64,000 bases of DNA. Origin: Raillietiella orientalis (Eukaryota). The stretch's first letter is position 1, and each line of letters begins with the position of its first letter. The DNA lies in contig JAYWIR010000033.1 in NCBI GenBank assembly GCA_036172245.1, positions 1,240,001 to 1,304,000 on the forward strand. Reading direction: 5' to 3'. A program made the position numbers and the translations under genes. Below are positions 37,621 through 50,800 of this stretch, one piece after another. Below the pieces are notes generated by a model, which ran no database searches, was not told the DNA's origin, and saw only the letters and a program-made list of their open reading frames with translations.

Positions 37621-39052
37621 AATCAGGTGATTTCACATTTTCTATAGAGCTGTGGTTGCTGATTTTTTTCTTTTTTCTTTGTAGACGTTGGTTCTCCCTA
37701 TCAGTTCACTCTCAGAAAGGACCAAATTTACAGAAAGGACTTTCCAGCCTATCTCCAAATTACTTTCCAGATGACATCAAACATCCTTCCGCTTGCATTC
37801 CGAATTTCTCCTTGTAATAGACGTTTATGAGAAGGCGCACACATTTGTTGTAGCAGTCGTTTTCTTCTTTCACAGAACTCCATTTGTTAGGAGACTGAGC
37901 TGATGATTTCTCACTTGCGACATCGCATGGTGTCTTCCTTTTTCCTAAGACGTTTTCTCGCAATTCGCTTTCCTCAGCATTTTTCGATAATGAGAAACGT
38001 CTTGGAGTTTGGTGGGTATCAAAGAGGAGTTCAGTTGTTTGATGACACGGCGCGTAGCCAAGAGACAGAATCTCTCTCTCCCTCTCTCGGTTACAAGAGA
38101 TCATCAGACAGAGCCTGCAAACACCCTCGGAATTTCTTCGCCCTTGAGATAAAAGGAAGATCGAGGGAAATTCTTCAACCTGCCAATTAGGTGTGTTTTC
38201 TGCGTTTGGAACCGCATGTACACGTCTAGGATGCATTTTCGCGCATCAGCACTGGCACACGCAATTTGTGTACATTGGGTGATGTGCAACGGTCGCTCAG
38301 TGTTTATTTTGGTGTTTCTCTTTTTTTTTGGAAGTGTAGAGTTTCCGAAGTTCCAGCAGATGAACACGAACGGGTTCTAGCAGTGTCTCCTGGAACCTTT
38401 CGTTTCGTTTCGAGCGGTGCCCATCGCGATGGAAACCATCGCATGGCAACGCTCTGCTTCAATCAGCATGTGTGCGATCAAAGTGGTCGTGGTCAAGTTT
38501 TACGGGTCACTGTGGTCGCCTCCGCAGAAAACAATCCATTAGACAAGTGGGCCTCCAAGGCAAACAAATGATTGAGATGCTACTTCGTTTCTATTCATCT
38601 TACTCCCAGTTCACATGCACCGAAGACTTGCTTTTGCAGTACCACTCTTTGAGAATCCGCTCTTGCGACGAACTTGTACTGTCTCCCTCAGGAAGCCACC
38701 CACCTCCACGGAGGGGAGCCAAAGTCATCCCTGCTCTTTGCTATGTTCCTTCCAACCAGTTGCCGGCTGGATCGCCTGACTCACTCATTTGAAGGGAGTA
38801 CATAATTTACAAAGAATGAGTGGCAAAAGGAGAGAGTAAGGAAGCATGAACCTGGGATGAGTGGAATTCTCAGATGCCGCCTGGATCGAGCGGTTGCGAG
38901 ATTATGGCAGCGCGGTTTTACCTGGTCATCGATCGTGGATTTCGTGGATGGATGTGGTGCTCCTAATTCATTTGGTTCCGCTGCAAGCAATGTCTGGAAA
39001 CGAAAACTTGAATGAAGATAAGAACGAAATCATCTCTGCAGAAAGAGTTTTT

Positions 39053-39079
39053 TTCTTCTTCTTCTTCTTCTTCTTCTTC
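39053..39079. repeat. (TTC)9 microsatellite
   Basis: Directly visible. Confidence 0.9.
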
Positions 39080-41779
39080 TTTTTCTTCCGGTTCTTTGTA
39101 TCTACTAAAGATCGCTGAGAATGGATTTTCGTCTCCTTTGTTCATGGAGGAGATCGAACACGCCCAGGAAACCTCTGATGAACACGAACTGATTTCGGTC
39201 GAAAATTTCACCCTTGTTGCTTCAGGAGACTGTCCCTCCGCTCAAGAGATATCCAACTTTTGCCCCAATAAAACATATCCTGGCGGGGAAGGCATTCCCT
39301 CATCCGCTCACACGGAAGTAAGACGGTGCATCTCCCAAGTCTTCCCGAGATTGTTTGTGCATCCGCAGCCCAATTAGACGCTTCTCCAACTTGAAAGTGT
39401 CGATGGAAACCCTTGCGAAAATCGCGTACTCCGTATTTAAAATTTTAATCCCTGGAATCTGACGCAACCAAATGAGATTTGGCCGTGTCAGATTTCGTTT
39501 CAGCCAGATTCCACGCGAGAGTTGAAAATCGCGAAGCCTCGAACCCAGCTTCCGTCGCTAAGAATCGTTTCCAAGGTTTCCTCGCGATCTCTCTCCTCTT
39601 CTCCGCCCCCCAGCACTCGTACTTGCCATCAAGGCTTGCCTCCATCTGTATACTGTGGATTAAAATGTACGTGCCTGAAGGAGTAATCAGCCGAAAATCG
39701 CCTGCGGGCTATTGCTAGCAAAGCATCGGCAGCGTGCACAAAGTTCTTGTGGATTGTGAACACTTATCTGCGTGCACATCTCTGCTAGCCTGCATATGGT
39801 GGGTGGGTGAGCTCAAAGTGACTGCAAATTAAGAACACTTTATTGTACACATGCCACTGCTGGTCTATCTACAGTGAGTATACCTAGGCTATTCGTAAAT
39901 TACGATGACTCCACTCGTATGCATGCCATGGCCAGCGGCCAACTATGTTTAGGCCAGCATCCTCCCAAACGGAAGCACATTACATATGCTGACTCCCACA
40001 TTTGTGTTGGTGTCTTTCCTCCTTCTCGGGCACTCAATCTTTGCATTTTAACTTGGCAGTTGGTTTCCGAAGGTCCATAATCTCCCTGCGTTGCCAGGCG
40101 ATCGGTCTTTTTCAAGGAGGCAAGTCCACGTGGAAGCTCATGCACATCCACCTCGAAACCCGGGAGAGTTTCACGTTGAGCCTATTCGATTATCACTGGG
40201 GAAAAGGCAAAAAAAAAAAAAAAAAAATGAAAAAAAAGGAAAGAAAACCACGAACGTCTTTAGATTGCAGAGATAAACTGTCGAGGCAAGGCGGAACCTA
40301 CTGGCATGCGTTTGCAGCACCTTGTTAAGATATTAAGGATGCACTTGAGTGAGAGATTCACCTCTAGCGATTCCACTCTGCTCCCGAATCTCCAGGAGTC
40401 AACACGCCGTGCTGGATTTCTCCCAGACGCAAATCCCCTAGAACCAGGCTGGCTACTCTTGATGAGAAAGGACAAAGCCGATCTCAAAAGCGCACTTTCC
40501 GGTCGAGAGGCTCCTTCTTTCATCCTTTCTTTCTCTCCTTTTTTTTTTTTTTTTTTTGCCTTTTCCATTTGGCAGACGAGGAAACCATTTTTACACGTTT
40601 CGCAGGAAGAGAAAAGCTGACACTGTAACTTTGGGAGTTGCGTCGCTTAAGGATCCGTGATTTGCACTTGATGGATGCGACATTTCGTCGGGATGTCCAT
40701 GCTGCTCCAAGATTCAGTGCAGCGCGAAGGGGGAGAAGACAAAGAAAGTGTTATGGGAAGGATCCCTAGTTCGTTTAAGGATGGCTGCTGCCTCACGTCG
40801 CTCGCGTCATCATTTCCCACCATCTCCCGTATTCCGGGAAGCTCGTGCCACGGCACATAATACACTGTCATTCTGTTCATGAAAGCTGGTGCAGATAGGG
40901 GTAGCTCGGAGGAGTCCCTTCAGTCGAGTTCACATAACTGATATTCAACGAGGAAGGCCTGATGAAGTCGAAATTTCTGCGAACGACGTCGCTCGCCCTT
41001 AATGGAATTTTCCGTCTGCAGTTTCTCGAAACTCAGTTCTTCCTGAACATCCAAGGGAGTGGTGCGAACAGCCTACAGCCCAAGGTCAGAGGGCATTCGA
41101 GTAGAACCAAGCGCCGCCGATAAGAGTGGTCCCGGCAGCGGCGGCGTCTCTCTCGTCCGGCGCTCCCAGCTGCAAATCGAGAGAAGGCACTCCGTGAATG
41201 CAAGTGCAGAGAGGTTCATTGCACGAGAGCGATCTCGCCTTTTGGGTGAGATCGTTCTCGAAGCTTCCATCGCGCTCTCGCCCGTGCGAGCTTCCCCAGC
41301 TTCCTTGGAGATGAGGATCCGACTCTCCTGTGGTTCCGAAACTGCCGCGCGGACGCCGAAACCTTCCGAAGCTCTCTCTCGGCTGCGCACTCGAATCCAT
41401 CTTTCCGCCGAATCGTCAGCGTGACTTCGGTGATGGCTTTTTAGCAGCGTGGCAACGGAAAAACGGTTGCAGGGGAATCAGGAGTCGTCACGATGACCAC
41501 GGATTGCTCGAAAAGTGAAACTGCCGGCCTATCACTTGAGGAACGATCTGATACGAATCGCAGCGGGGCTCGTTTTCTATCCCTCCTCCGATTCCTGGAA
41601 CCTCAAACACCGCAGATGTATCGGCGTGTCACCAAAGCTGCAAACATTTCCACGTTGTCCTCGATGAGAAGACTTCTTGTGAAAGAGGCTTTCCGATTGC
41701 CTGGGGTAGCTTATGGAATACGCCAAGTCCTACTAGAAACATCCCTATGGATACGGGTTCCAATTCATCTGCTGCCTGT

Positions 41780-43520
41780 TTTTCACGTATTTCGTGTTAT
41801 GGACGAAGGTACGTGCGCTACAATTCGGTGTAGGCTGCGACGCGTGCTCCTAGTAAATCAAACCCTTATGTACACAAAAGCAAACACAAATATCCCGTAC
41901 TTCCAGCCGCCGTCGACCAAGGAGTGGTATTTCTCCCAGTCACGGATGAACATCAAAGTTTCTAATGCTACAAATCATGGAGTTCTCCAAGAGATTAAAG
42001 GAGGTGTCTCCAAACGGCTGAGAGATTTTCCTTGAAGTTGCAGTCTGTTTCACTTAAAGTGGCAGATACCCCATTCATCCACAGAACTAAACCTTGAAGT
42101 GGTGGGTTCCCATTAACCGCATCGAGCAGCACAGAGATCTCACAGATAACTTTCTGTTTCATATCCAAAAAGCTGCAGTGATCTCAGAACCGTACCACCG
42201 CAACCCAAAGGTTTTTTCTTAAGGTCCTGAGGGAATCCCATGGCTATGGAACACATCCCGAGGACGTTTCCCATAACAGGAAAACCGTCGAAGTGATTTC
42301 CGCCAATGCTGGACCTGAGGGAAAGTTTCCCTTAATGCACGCGACACAATTCTGAATTACGGGACTTATCGGGAATCAGGAAACGCACCTTCTATTGAAC
42401 TTCGCTTGCAGCCAAATGAAAGCACGCAAGAGCGTACTATCGAATCTCATTGGAATCGGGAATTGTAGAGGGTATGCACTGACACGAATGCTTCCCTCGT
42501 AGATAGGAAAAAGACCCCCGCCGTGACTGAAAAATAGTTTTTAAGAGTCCAGGCAGGACACAAGAGTTTCGAGTCACCACAACCTTCAGCAACGCTGACG
42601 CAGTTCGTCTCCGTCAACGGAAGTCGGAAGCGCTTCCATAGTCCCAGGGAACATTGGGATTAAAGATAATAACCCCGTCTTGTTCCAGCTGCCCAAAGCA
42701 AGAAAATGCAGTCCACCTTCATTTTCCGTGAATCGCGCGATTCCTCCAGTGTGCAGGTACACTTCAGTTGCGATCGGAAGCTCTTGAGGCTGCTTGCCAG
42801 CGGTGCGATAGGTCAAGCATGGCTTTTTTAAAATCATCTCCGAGGACCCATGATCCTCGCTATTCAACTAGCCCTACAGTCTGTCCCATACATGGTAGAG
42901 CACGGATGTTCTACGAAAAAAGGTCGCTGAAAAAGGTGCAGATTTGACAAGAATCTTTTTGCGAATTGAAATGAAAACGCATCTCGAATATTCCATTCCA
43001 GCAAAGGCACTCCATCGAAAAGTCCACATCCGAACGCTGCACCTGGTCTGCTCATCCTGAAAAGATCCTAGTTTTGCTCTTGAGCTCAAGAGCCCGACTC
43101 GGTAAAGGCTCTAGAGTAAGCGCCGAGAAGCCACCTCTTCGGTCGGCACTCGTTTCGTCGCTTCCCAAGACATCTGATGGAACTGTTTTCTGGACTGCAT
43201 GCTCATGTCCGTGAGCCACGACAAGATCAGGGGAAACTCTGCAAGTTCCGGATTCCATCAAATGCTCTTCTGCATTCGAAGCCTTCACTTCTTGAGACCT
43301 CGTCTCTCCCAGCAGAGATCCTGGTCAATGCAAACTGCTTCATAGGGCGCTTCGACAGGCCTTTCAAAATGCTATGTGTCCCTTACAACATCCATGGAGG
43401 AAGAAAGAGCCACCTGTTCCTTCCTCTTTCACCCCTCTGGGCATGGATCCAGACGGCTGCCAAGTCCACCTCAGTCCAGGGAAAGAGGTATTCGATCCGT
43501 GAACGTGTTCCTGGAGAAAT
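41780..43520 (-). mobile_element. Decayed L1-clade ORF2 (RT to C-terminus)
   Basis: Minus-strand pieces, in order: IAF*KAC (cf. DFEKAFD), LSWLTDM (cf. AYADD), ENEGGLHFLALGSWNKTGLL (cf. EEGGLGL...N.A.LL), GYLPL. Confidence 0.5.
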
Positions 43521-44029
43521 CTGCCGTGGACTGAAAAATGCAGAAACACTTCCTTGGGCTTATACAAGAACATTCAGAGATCCCGGGCATTCCAAGGGAC
43601 GAGACACCTTACCACATCCTTAGCAGATTAGTTACCCGAGTGCTGGTGTACTGATATCAATCCTAGGTACAGGAAATCACCATCCAAGGAAAGTACATCT
43701 GGAATGCCCCTTTTCCTCCCCCTATGGTAGGGCTGACCATCATCGCAGGATGACTTCAGCTATACGATGATGAATCGAAAAGAGCCCGCAGAGAAAAACG
43801 CTCACCACTTCAACAAGCTCACCACTTGCCAACTGGAAAAGCAACAGTAATACTCAAAACACAAGCCTGTGGTTACCATGCAAGCACGTCGTTGGCTATT
43901 GCCGATGCACCAGTGCAACCGTGGCGAAGAAGCAATCAATCCGCAATCGCCACATTGCTTCCGAACCCACACCATAGACTAAATCTGCTTGAACTTTTCA
44001 CGAATTATGACCTCACCAGTCCTTTGAAG

Positions 44030-46750
44030 TCAGTAAATAAAATCAATGGCGTTCGAGAAGGGCAGACATGTGAGCGCAACCAAGGGGACTAATCTCACGG
44101 AAAGCCAGGGATGGAAACGGGAGAGTAAGGACCAATTAATAAAAGGAAAACTGGGAAATGAGATGCACCAGATCACAACGTCCAGAGTTGACCGGGGAAG
44201 GGTGGCGGATGGGGGTGGCGGGTTCACCGATATCGAGCTCGCAACCCCACGAAAGCCACCTTGTCGCCCTGCTCGCTCAGCGAGACGAGGACAGCAACAT
44301 CCTTCTTTCATTTCCGAGATCACCGCCGCACGCACGCGACAGCCAATCACCGGTGTCGAAGCACCCAATGAGTCCGCGAAAGCGCGCATGCCATCCCTGA
44401 GACCGGTTTCCGGGTAGCAGCAGCATCCCGAATCGGAGGGGAGAGTTCCCACCACTCACAAACCTCCCTGCCTCGGAACCCTAAGTACGTCAGCAAACGC
44501 GGCAGGGGTTCCCACCATGCTTCGATGTGCGCGCACCCCTTAGGCGCCCTCCCGGCACAGGAGTGGTCGCGTTTCCCATCACGCTCGGGAAAGTCTCGTG
44601 CGCCAGCAAGACGTCAGCGCTGAGGGAGGGCGGAGGCGTCGATGAAGGAGCTCAAGACCTTGCAGCGGCCACGGAGGATACCGGCAAACCCGGCCCACCG
44701 CATCCTCACTGACAGAGACCCGTCCCGCAGCCGAGACACTTCCAACTGGCCGATGGACACCGACAGGAGCCACACGGGCTGGTCTCCCACGCCGCAAGAC
44801 TATCCGCCTCCCTTTGATGCGGAAGTGTTCGCCGCGCGCGGTCGCTCCGGGCTGTGGGAAGCTGTGCCCCACGCAATGAAGGGCGCGGGTGGCCGAGGAG
44901 CTGAGTCGGGGAAGGATTTCGCGATCGACGCAGCCCCCGAGCGACCGATTCCGGGCGGTCGACCCGGGCGGCCAGTGATCTTTTCTGGGTGTCGTCCCGC
45001 CAGCGCACGCTGTTTCCGGAAGGCAGCCGTGAAGTCCACCCGGCTCAGTTGCGAGCAGGCGTGGGCGTTGGGCGCATTTGCATCCTTGGCTCGACGCGGA
45101 TCCGCATGGGCCCGCTCAGGGCCAGCCAGGAACAGCGCCACTTGGTTTGCGCGTGCGCTGCGCACCAGGCACGGCAGTTCGACGCCCGCATTCTGGGGAG
45201 CATCGAGACTAAAGACGCCCGGGCGGCAAGAGTCTCGTCTCCTCCGCGAGGAAGCACCCTGGACCGCAATCATCCTTAGCGGCCCACCCACGGACGCCGG
45301 CGCCTGTCGGGGGAGGCGGACCGTGGGCAGAGCCGGTCATCCCAGGTCCCTCAGCTCTGATGCTCTGCCCTTCATCTCCGGACGCAAGGGGCTGCATCTG
45401 ACGGAAGTGGAAGCTTCCTGCTGGCAAGTGGGCACTGGTCTGCAGACGATCCCTCCGGAGCGACTCCGCCCATCCTCAACCGAGCAGAACGCGCACGTCC
45501 GTCGTGATGGAGGCGGTCGAGTCGCGTTACCAGGGTTGCGAAGCGTTCCCACCCGAGGGAGCGCTCGCGGCCGCGGCGCGTCGGCGGGTCATTTGACGTC
45601 CCCAGACGCGCGTGCGGCTCGAGGAGGTGGGTCGCCGCGCAAGTAGGTACGCGGTCCCAGTCCCTGCCCCAAGTTCGATGGTGCGCAGCTCCTGCGTGAG
45701 GACTGCCTGCCTCTGTAGCGGAGCCCGGTAGGGGTGGCGCGTTCCTTTTTCCCGCTGATTCGGACTCGTACGGTGATTTCCAGAGAGGCGAGGCGACATC
45801 TCCTTCCGCTTCCCGGCCTTCCGAGTTCCAGCAGGAGAGAGAGAGTCGGCTCGGATCACCCGGGGTAAGGTGATGACTGGGTCGCCTAAGGGGGACCGCG
45901 AGCTGAAAAAGAGGGTCCTCGGATGTCGTGGTCGTCACCATGAGAACGGCTTGTTGATCCTTCTTTGGACGTCTTCCACTCCCTTCCGGGTTCGCTCCTA
46001 AGCAGCTCTCGGCCCCTCCGTATCGTTCTACACCGGCAGACGACCGTCCCTTCACTCTGAGAATTTTCTTCTGTTGATCTCGAGGAAATGGTCCAGCACT
46101 TACGGGATGTGGCGCTTTCCGTGTCCGGAGCCCCGATTTTCCGTCTGGGCGACGGTCGGGAGTCGACAAGTAGTAGCAGGAGGTTGCGCATCCGAGTAAC
46201 CCTGGCGGTCATCCGAGGAGCGGATGCCCTGCGTACCTGTTCCTGGAACGAGATATGTGGGTCGTGCGATCCTGAAGGAATGCTCGAGAAGGACGGATGG
46301 GTGGGGAGGAGCCAGCCTGAAAAGGACAGGGGTGTACCTTGGAGACCTCGCTCCCTTTGATTCCTCCCGCCTGGTGGTTAGGGGACCGGAAATTCCCGCT
46401 AAGTCCTCTTGCGTTATCCCAGATGGCGTCTACCTCGCTGTAGCCTCCAGGATGTGCTCCCACGAGATTGGCGTTTCCCTTCGTAGTGCACGTCGCCGAC
46501 GAATCGTGAATCTGTGCAGCAGCCAACAGCGCGGTGGTCACCTCTGTGGATGCTGCGAAGGAATCCAGGTGGAGGATTTTTCGCTTGGCAGTGCCGAATT
46601 TGAACGTTCGGCTCGACGTTTTGATCAACTGATCCCTCGTGGCAGGAGGAGAATCTTCCACCCTTTGATACTGGGTGGCGATGTAGGCAGACGGTGGACG
46701 AACGCAACGTTAGGTCAGTGTGTTGGCTCCAATTGCGGTCGTTGATAACG
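44030..46750 (-). mobile_element. Decayed, internally deleted L1/Tx1-like element (ORF1-like region, EN start, RT scrap, 3' end)
   Basis: RLSLSCWNSEG (EN N-terminus, cf. xxxTWNVRG), RVDFTAAF (cf. LDFEKAF), LLHRRL; 3' part homologous to 26780-27400; GC-rich. Confidence 0.6.
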
Positions 46751-48080
46751 ATGTGCGTTCGCTCAAGAATCGTGGAATCGGAGAATGGGGGTCGGGACTT
46801 CCTGCCATGGAGGGAGTGGATATTTCAGTGGAGGTGCTGAGAGGAGAACAAATGCAAAACTGCAAAATCGTGTCAACGAAACTTTGCCATTGTAAAATAC
46901 TGTACGGAAATGAAACGAGCCTGCTGCACTAGCATTACGGTGAATGCGGGTGTCCTCGTAGATGCAGCTGTGGACCACTCGGAACTGCTCTCGCAGATCG
47001 TCTACTATCACTTCCGAGAAGACAATCCATCTCGAATGGCATGCCTAGGGGCCGAGGACACCGCTGGTAGGCGACGTGAACTTCAGCGATGCTCTGGTGT
47101 TTCCGCAATTAAGAAGGTGGACATGTGTTCGTTTGTCTCCTTGAGCGGCCGGAATTTTCAGGATCTTGGGATCGAAGCATGATGCACGGATGCAAGATAA
47201 AGATGGAGCTTTGTTCCTAGAAGCAGCAGGGAATCAAGAGGAAAGGAAGCTGCCACGCAGCATTCCTCCGGTTCGTCTCGTCAGAAGAACTCTTGCATCT
47301 CCGAGTGTCTCGGAATTTCCGTTGTGAGAAGCTTCCCGCTTCTAAGTTCGATTGAGAGAAGGCGAAAAATGAGCTCAGTGATGGCATCTAGGAAAAAAAA
47401 AAAAAAAACACTAGTGCGATGCGAAGCGATTTCTTTCCTGTTGACTGGTTAGATTGCTGTCGACAACATCCGAGCCGTCTGGTGTCTCTGGTGTCCATCT
47501 CTTCGATGATCTGCTTTTCGATGAGACAATGTAAAGGAAGAATTTGCTCTGTCCCCAAGGGTGCCAGATTCGTGAGCTGGTGATCAAAAGATTCCTCCAC
47601 GGTGAGAGGTTTGAAGTTGCCCGGCCTGAACTGCAATCGGCACCTGCCCGACAGGGGGCGCGTGGCTCGTGTCGAGGTCTCCCGAAAGGGGACATCTAAG
47701 ATATTCGCTCTGCTTGTTTCGGGTAACAAATCCTTCCAGACTTCTTCCGGTTCCCGTTCTCAGTGGTCCCTTCTGGGCAAAGAGAGGCAGGCGCGCAGTT
47801 AGGGAAGAGATGCTGTTGGTAATCAAGCAAGAAACTACAAGACTTTAACTCAATGAGCGCAGCGCATGGTCAGCCAAGTTTTCTCGGAAGTTCAGATGCT
47901 CCCAGTAATACCGATTTTCTTGATTCCACACTGCGTGAAAGCCCAGACCCAGAATGAGGCAGTTCTGAAATTTTCAAAGAATCTCCAGCAAAGTTTGCGT
48001 GCTTTCAAAAAGAAAAAAAAATAGGAGCACAAATTAAAAAGCAGCGAAAGAAATTTACTGGACTAAAGATAATGATCTTC

Positions 48081-48096
48081 TGTGTGTGTGTGTGTG
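48081..48096. repeat. (TG)8 microsatellite
   Basis: Directly visible. Confidence 0.85.
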
Positions 48097-49949
48097 TTTG
48101 TAGGTAGATGACGTTTGCGACCTCGACTGCAGTCAGATTATGGAGATTTCAGGATTTGAGGGCACTCTGACTCAGAGAGATGGCAGTATAGAGATTCCAA
48201 GAGCAATTTGCATATCGCACATTGGCTCTCTTCTATCCAACAGCAACAAGAGTTTGATGCGGGGAAGAGGGTTGCGGTTCTGAAGTGGCTGTGCGACATC
48301 CCTTTCGCTAATCATCGACTTCAGTGAGTACCACGGAGCAGGTCTTCCGCTGAACTCTGGACCGATGGAGGGATTCGAAATGTAAAGGGTAGGGAGAGTC
48401 GAAGTCACTCTCGAGTTCGGTCTACTGGAAAGCATTCGTGGCTGTGTGCCATATTTCGATGCGAAAGGAAAACTGCAATTTGTCTGAATTGTTTTCCATG
48501 CTCTGAATCTTGCAGAAGCGTTCTCGTCTTCGCCATTTCAAATTTCTTCGCGACAGCCAAAAAAAGAAGAAGCTGTGGAGAGTTTTCGTCTCCATTGCTC
48601 CATTAGTAAGTCACGTATGCAAATCCTCGAGTTTTGCAGCCTCAGGCTAGATAGCAGTTCTACCTCTTAACAGCAGCGTGTTTCCTATCGTGTGCTGAAA
48701 GAAGTGAACAATCTGTCCTCCGCTTTCCTTCCTTTGCTGGCTCGCAGCACACACACACAAAAAAAAACCCCCCACTGAAAATTGGTTCCCTCCAATGAAA
48801 CCCAAGTAAGCTGAAATTCAAAATGCCAAATCAATTTGAAACGAAAGATCCTTGGATGCAGAGGATTGGCTTGTCCCACAGACGCAGGGCATACCGCTGT
48901 CTGAATATAGTGGATGAAGCGTTTTCAGAAGACTCTCTTCCCAGATTTTCTTAGAGCGCACGTCTCCTTTCGATGAACCCGCAGCGGATGGGTGGAGTTT
49001 AGCGAGCACCAATGAGCCCCATGAAGATTCTCATTGTGTCTTATGGGGAACATCATCTGGACCCTAAGAGCTCTAATTCAGTGTTGATTAAGAGGAACTG
49101 TTTGCCGCTTAGGTGTCCACCACCCAACCCGGCAGAGCTCATGGCTCCTTCACTGTGGCTGGCAAGTTGTAGAAGTGATTGTGATTCCCAGACTGCAGCT
49201 CACACGCGCCCACTCATGATTGTGGAACGTATCTGGAAGTCTCTTCATTCATTTGTTTCACTCAATGCATTCATTGATGAGGATTTTTTTGCTTATTATC
49301 ATGATAAAATAAACTGCCAGGTCACAGAATGACTCATCCACACTACAAAGGCCACACATGTAACCTACCAGTAAATGTGGCTGTTCATTTAAAACGGTTC
49401 GTAATTTTTCCAAAACGCATAGGTTATCATTTGGCGCCAGCGATTTTCAATTGCAATTACAGAGTTTTGATTAAGCGTTCCTTATGCTCTTTCTTGTGCT
49501 TCAAAGGAAGCATTCCCAGAAGGTTGTTGCACCACATAAATACCAATAACCCGAAGTCCGGGCTTACCAAAGTATTTACGTGCTGAATTCGCAGTGGCGG
49601 TTTTTCTTTGGCTTCTCAGGAAACTGTCTCCTGCGTCAGGAATGGCACCGCCTTGCTCCTCGCCCGATCCACCACCAATGATGACACCTCGCCATGTTGG
49701 GAAAATTACTCGGTAAACGTTCACGAAGCTGCAGGTCAAGAGAGAGAGCGAAACGGTTCCTTTTCAGGGGAAGATATTCAAAGATCAGGTTGACAGCTTT
49801 CTATTGGAATTTCGGATTGAACCATGCGCTCAGAGAGAACACGCCCTGGGAGAAGTGATCCGAGGTTTTCCATCTGCCCCGCTTCCAGCCGATTCCACTC
49901 TCACCGTCTTGTTGGCTCGGCAACAACTCCGGAGCGCTGCCTTCAACAT

Positions 49950-50800
49950 CCAATGCTTGCACTAGAGCTGAATAAAACACTTCAAATTTATGCTAAAATG
50001 ACAAATTGTTTGGAAGGATCGAAAGGGATCTGAAGCTGCACATCCATTCGTACAGTACTAATGCAGGTGTGCGATCGCTGTGGTGTACGCCATCTGTGCC
50101 GCCTTTTGCCGACTTGTGAAAATCAGCTCCAAGAGAAATTGCGTGGCAACTCTTGTTCGATTGAACAAGAGGTGAGGAAATGAACATTCTTCATCACCTT
50201 CTTGGCAAAACCGATCTACAAATTCACAATTCGCTTTCCAGCATGCGTGATGTGAAAATTTTACCAGCATTCCCAGAGAGTCCTTTACTAACACCCGCGC
50301 ATCCATTAGGGTATTCACGTTGGTGGGGTTGAGGATTTGGAGAAGGGGTGTCGAATTTCCTTCCCTTCGTAAAATCCAAATCAAGCTCTTTCGAAAATGG
50401 AACGTGCAAACTGATCAAAGCGGAAACCTCAACGTGGAAAATGTTGATTTTTTTCCTGGAGGTCCAGAGCACATGAGTAAGCAAGATTCTCTTGATAGCA
50501 GACGGCCAAACCTTGTAGAGTTATCCAAACGAACGATATATACGAGGAGGGCGATTCTCGAATCATCTCCGAAGCTGTGGTCTTTCACTCTTTGTGAATC
50601 CACGAAGATGACTGCAGCTTGGCAGTTGGTTGAGAACATTCTTTTGCGCCGAAGATGCAAGTTGAAGCCACTTCCCTTCCTGGAGTCAGGTGGCACAACC
50701 AGAATTCCTTCCTGCCTCCTACAAAGTGATGGCAAGCGGGATTTCAGCATCTGAAGAAGAACTGCGAAAGTACCAACTACGAACTAAGAAGGTATCTGAC
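49950..50800 (-). mobile_element. Decayed L1-clade ORF2 3' fragment
   Basis: PDSRKGSGFNL (cf. PKxxGGLGL) and RFCQEGDEECSFPHLLFN (zinc-knuckle remnant). Confidence 0.45.

Noticed and set aside
39168..39215. Hammerhead-like core CTGATGA...GAAA
   Set aside because: Stem II lacks the closing G-C pair, and no stems I/III or NUH cleavage site could be formed.
39111..39317. Possible + strand exon ending gaa|gtaaga
   Set aside because: Splice-like ends, but no recognisable peptide or partner exons.
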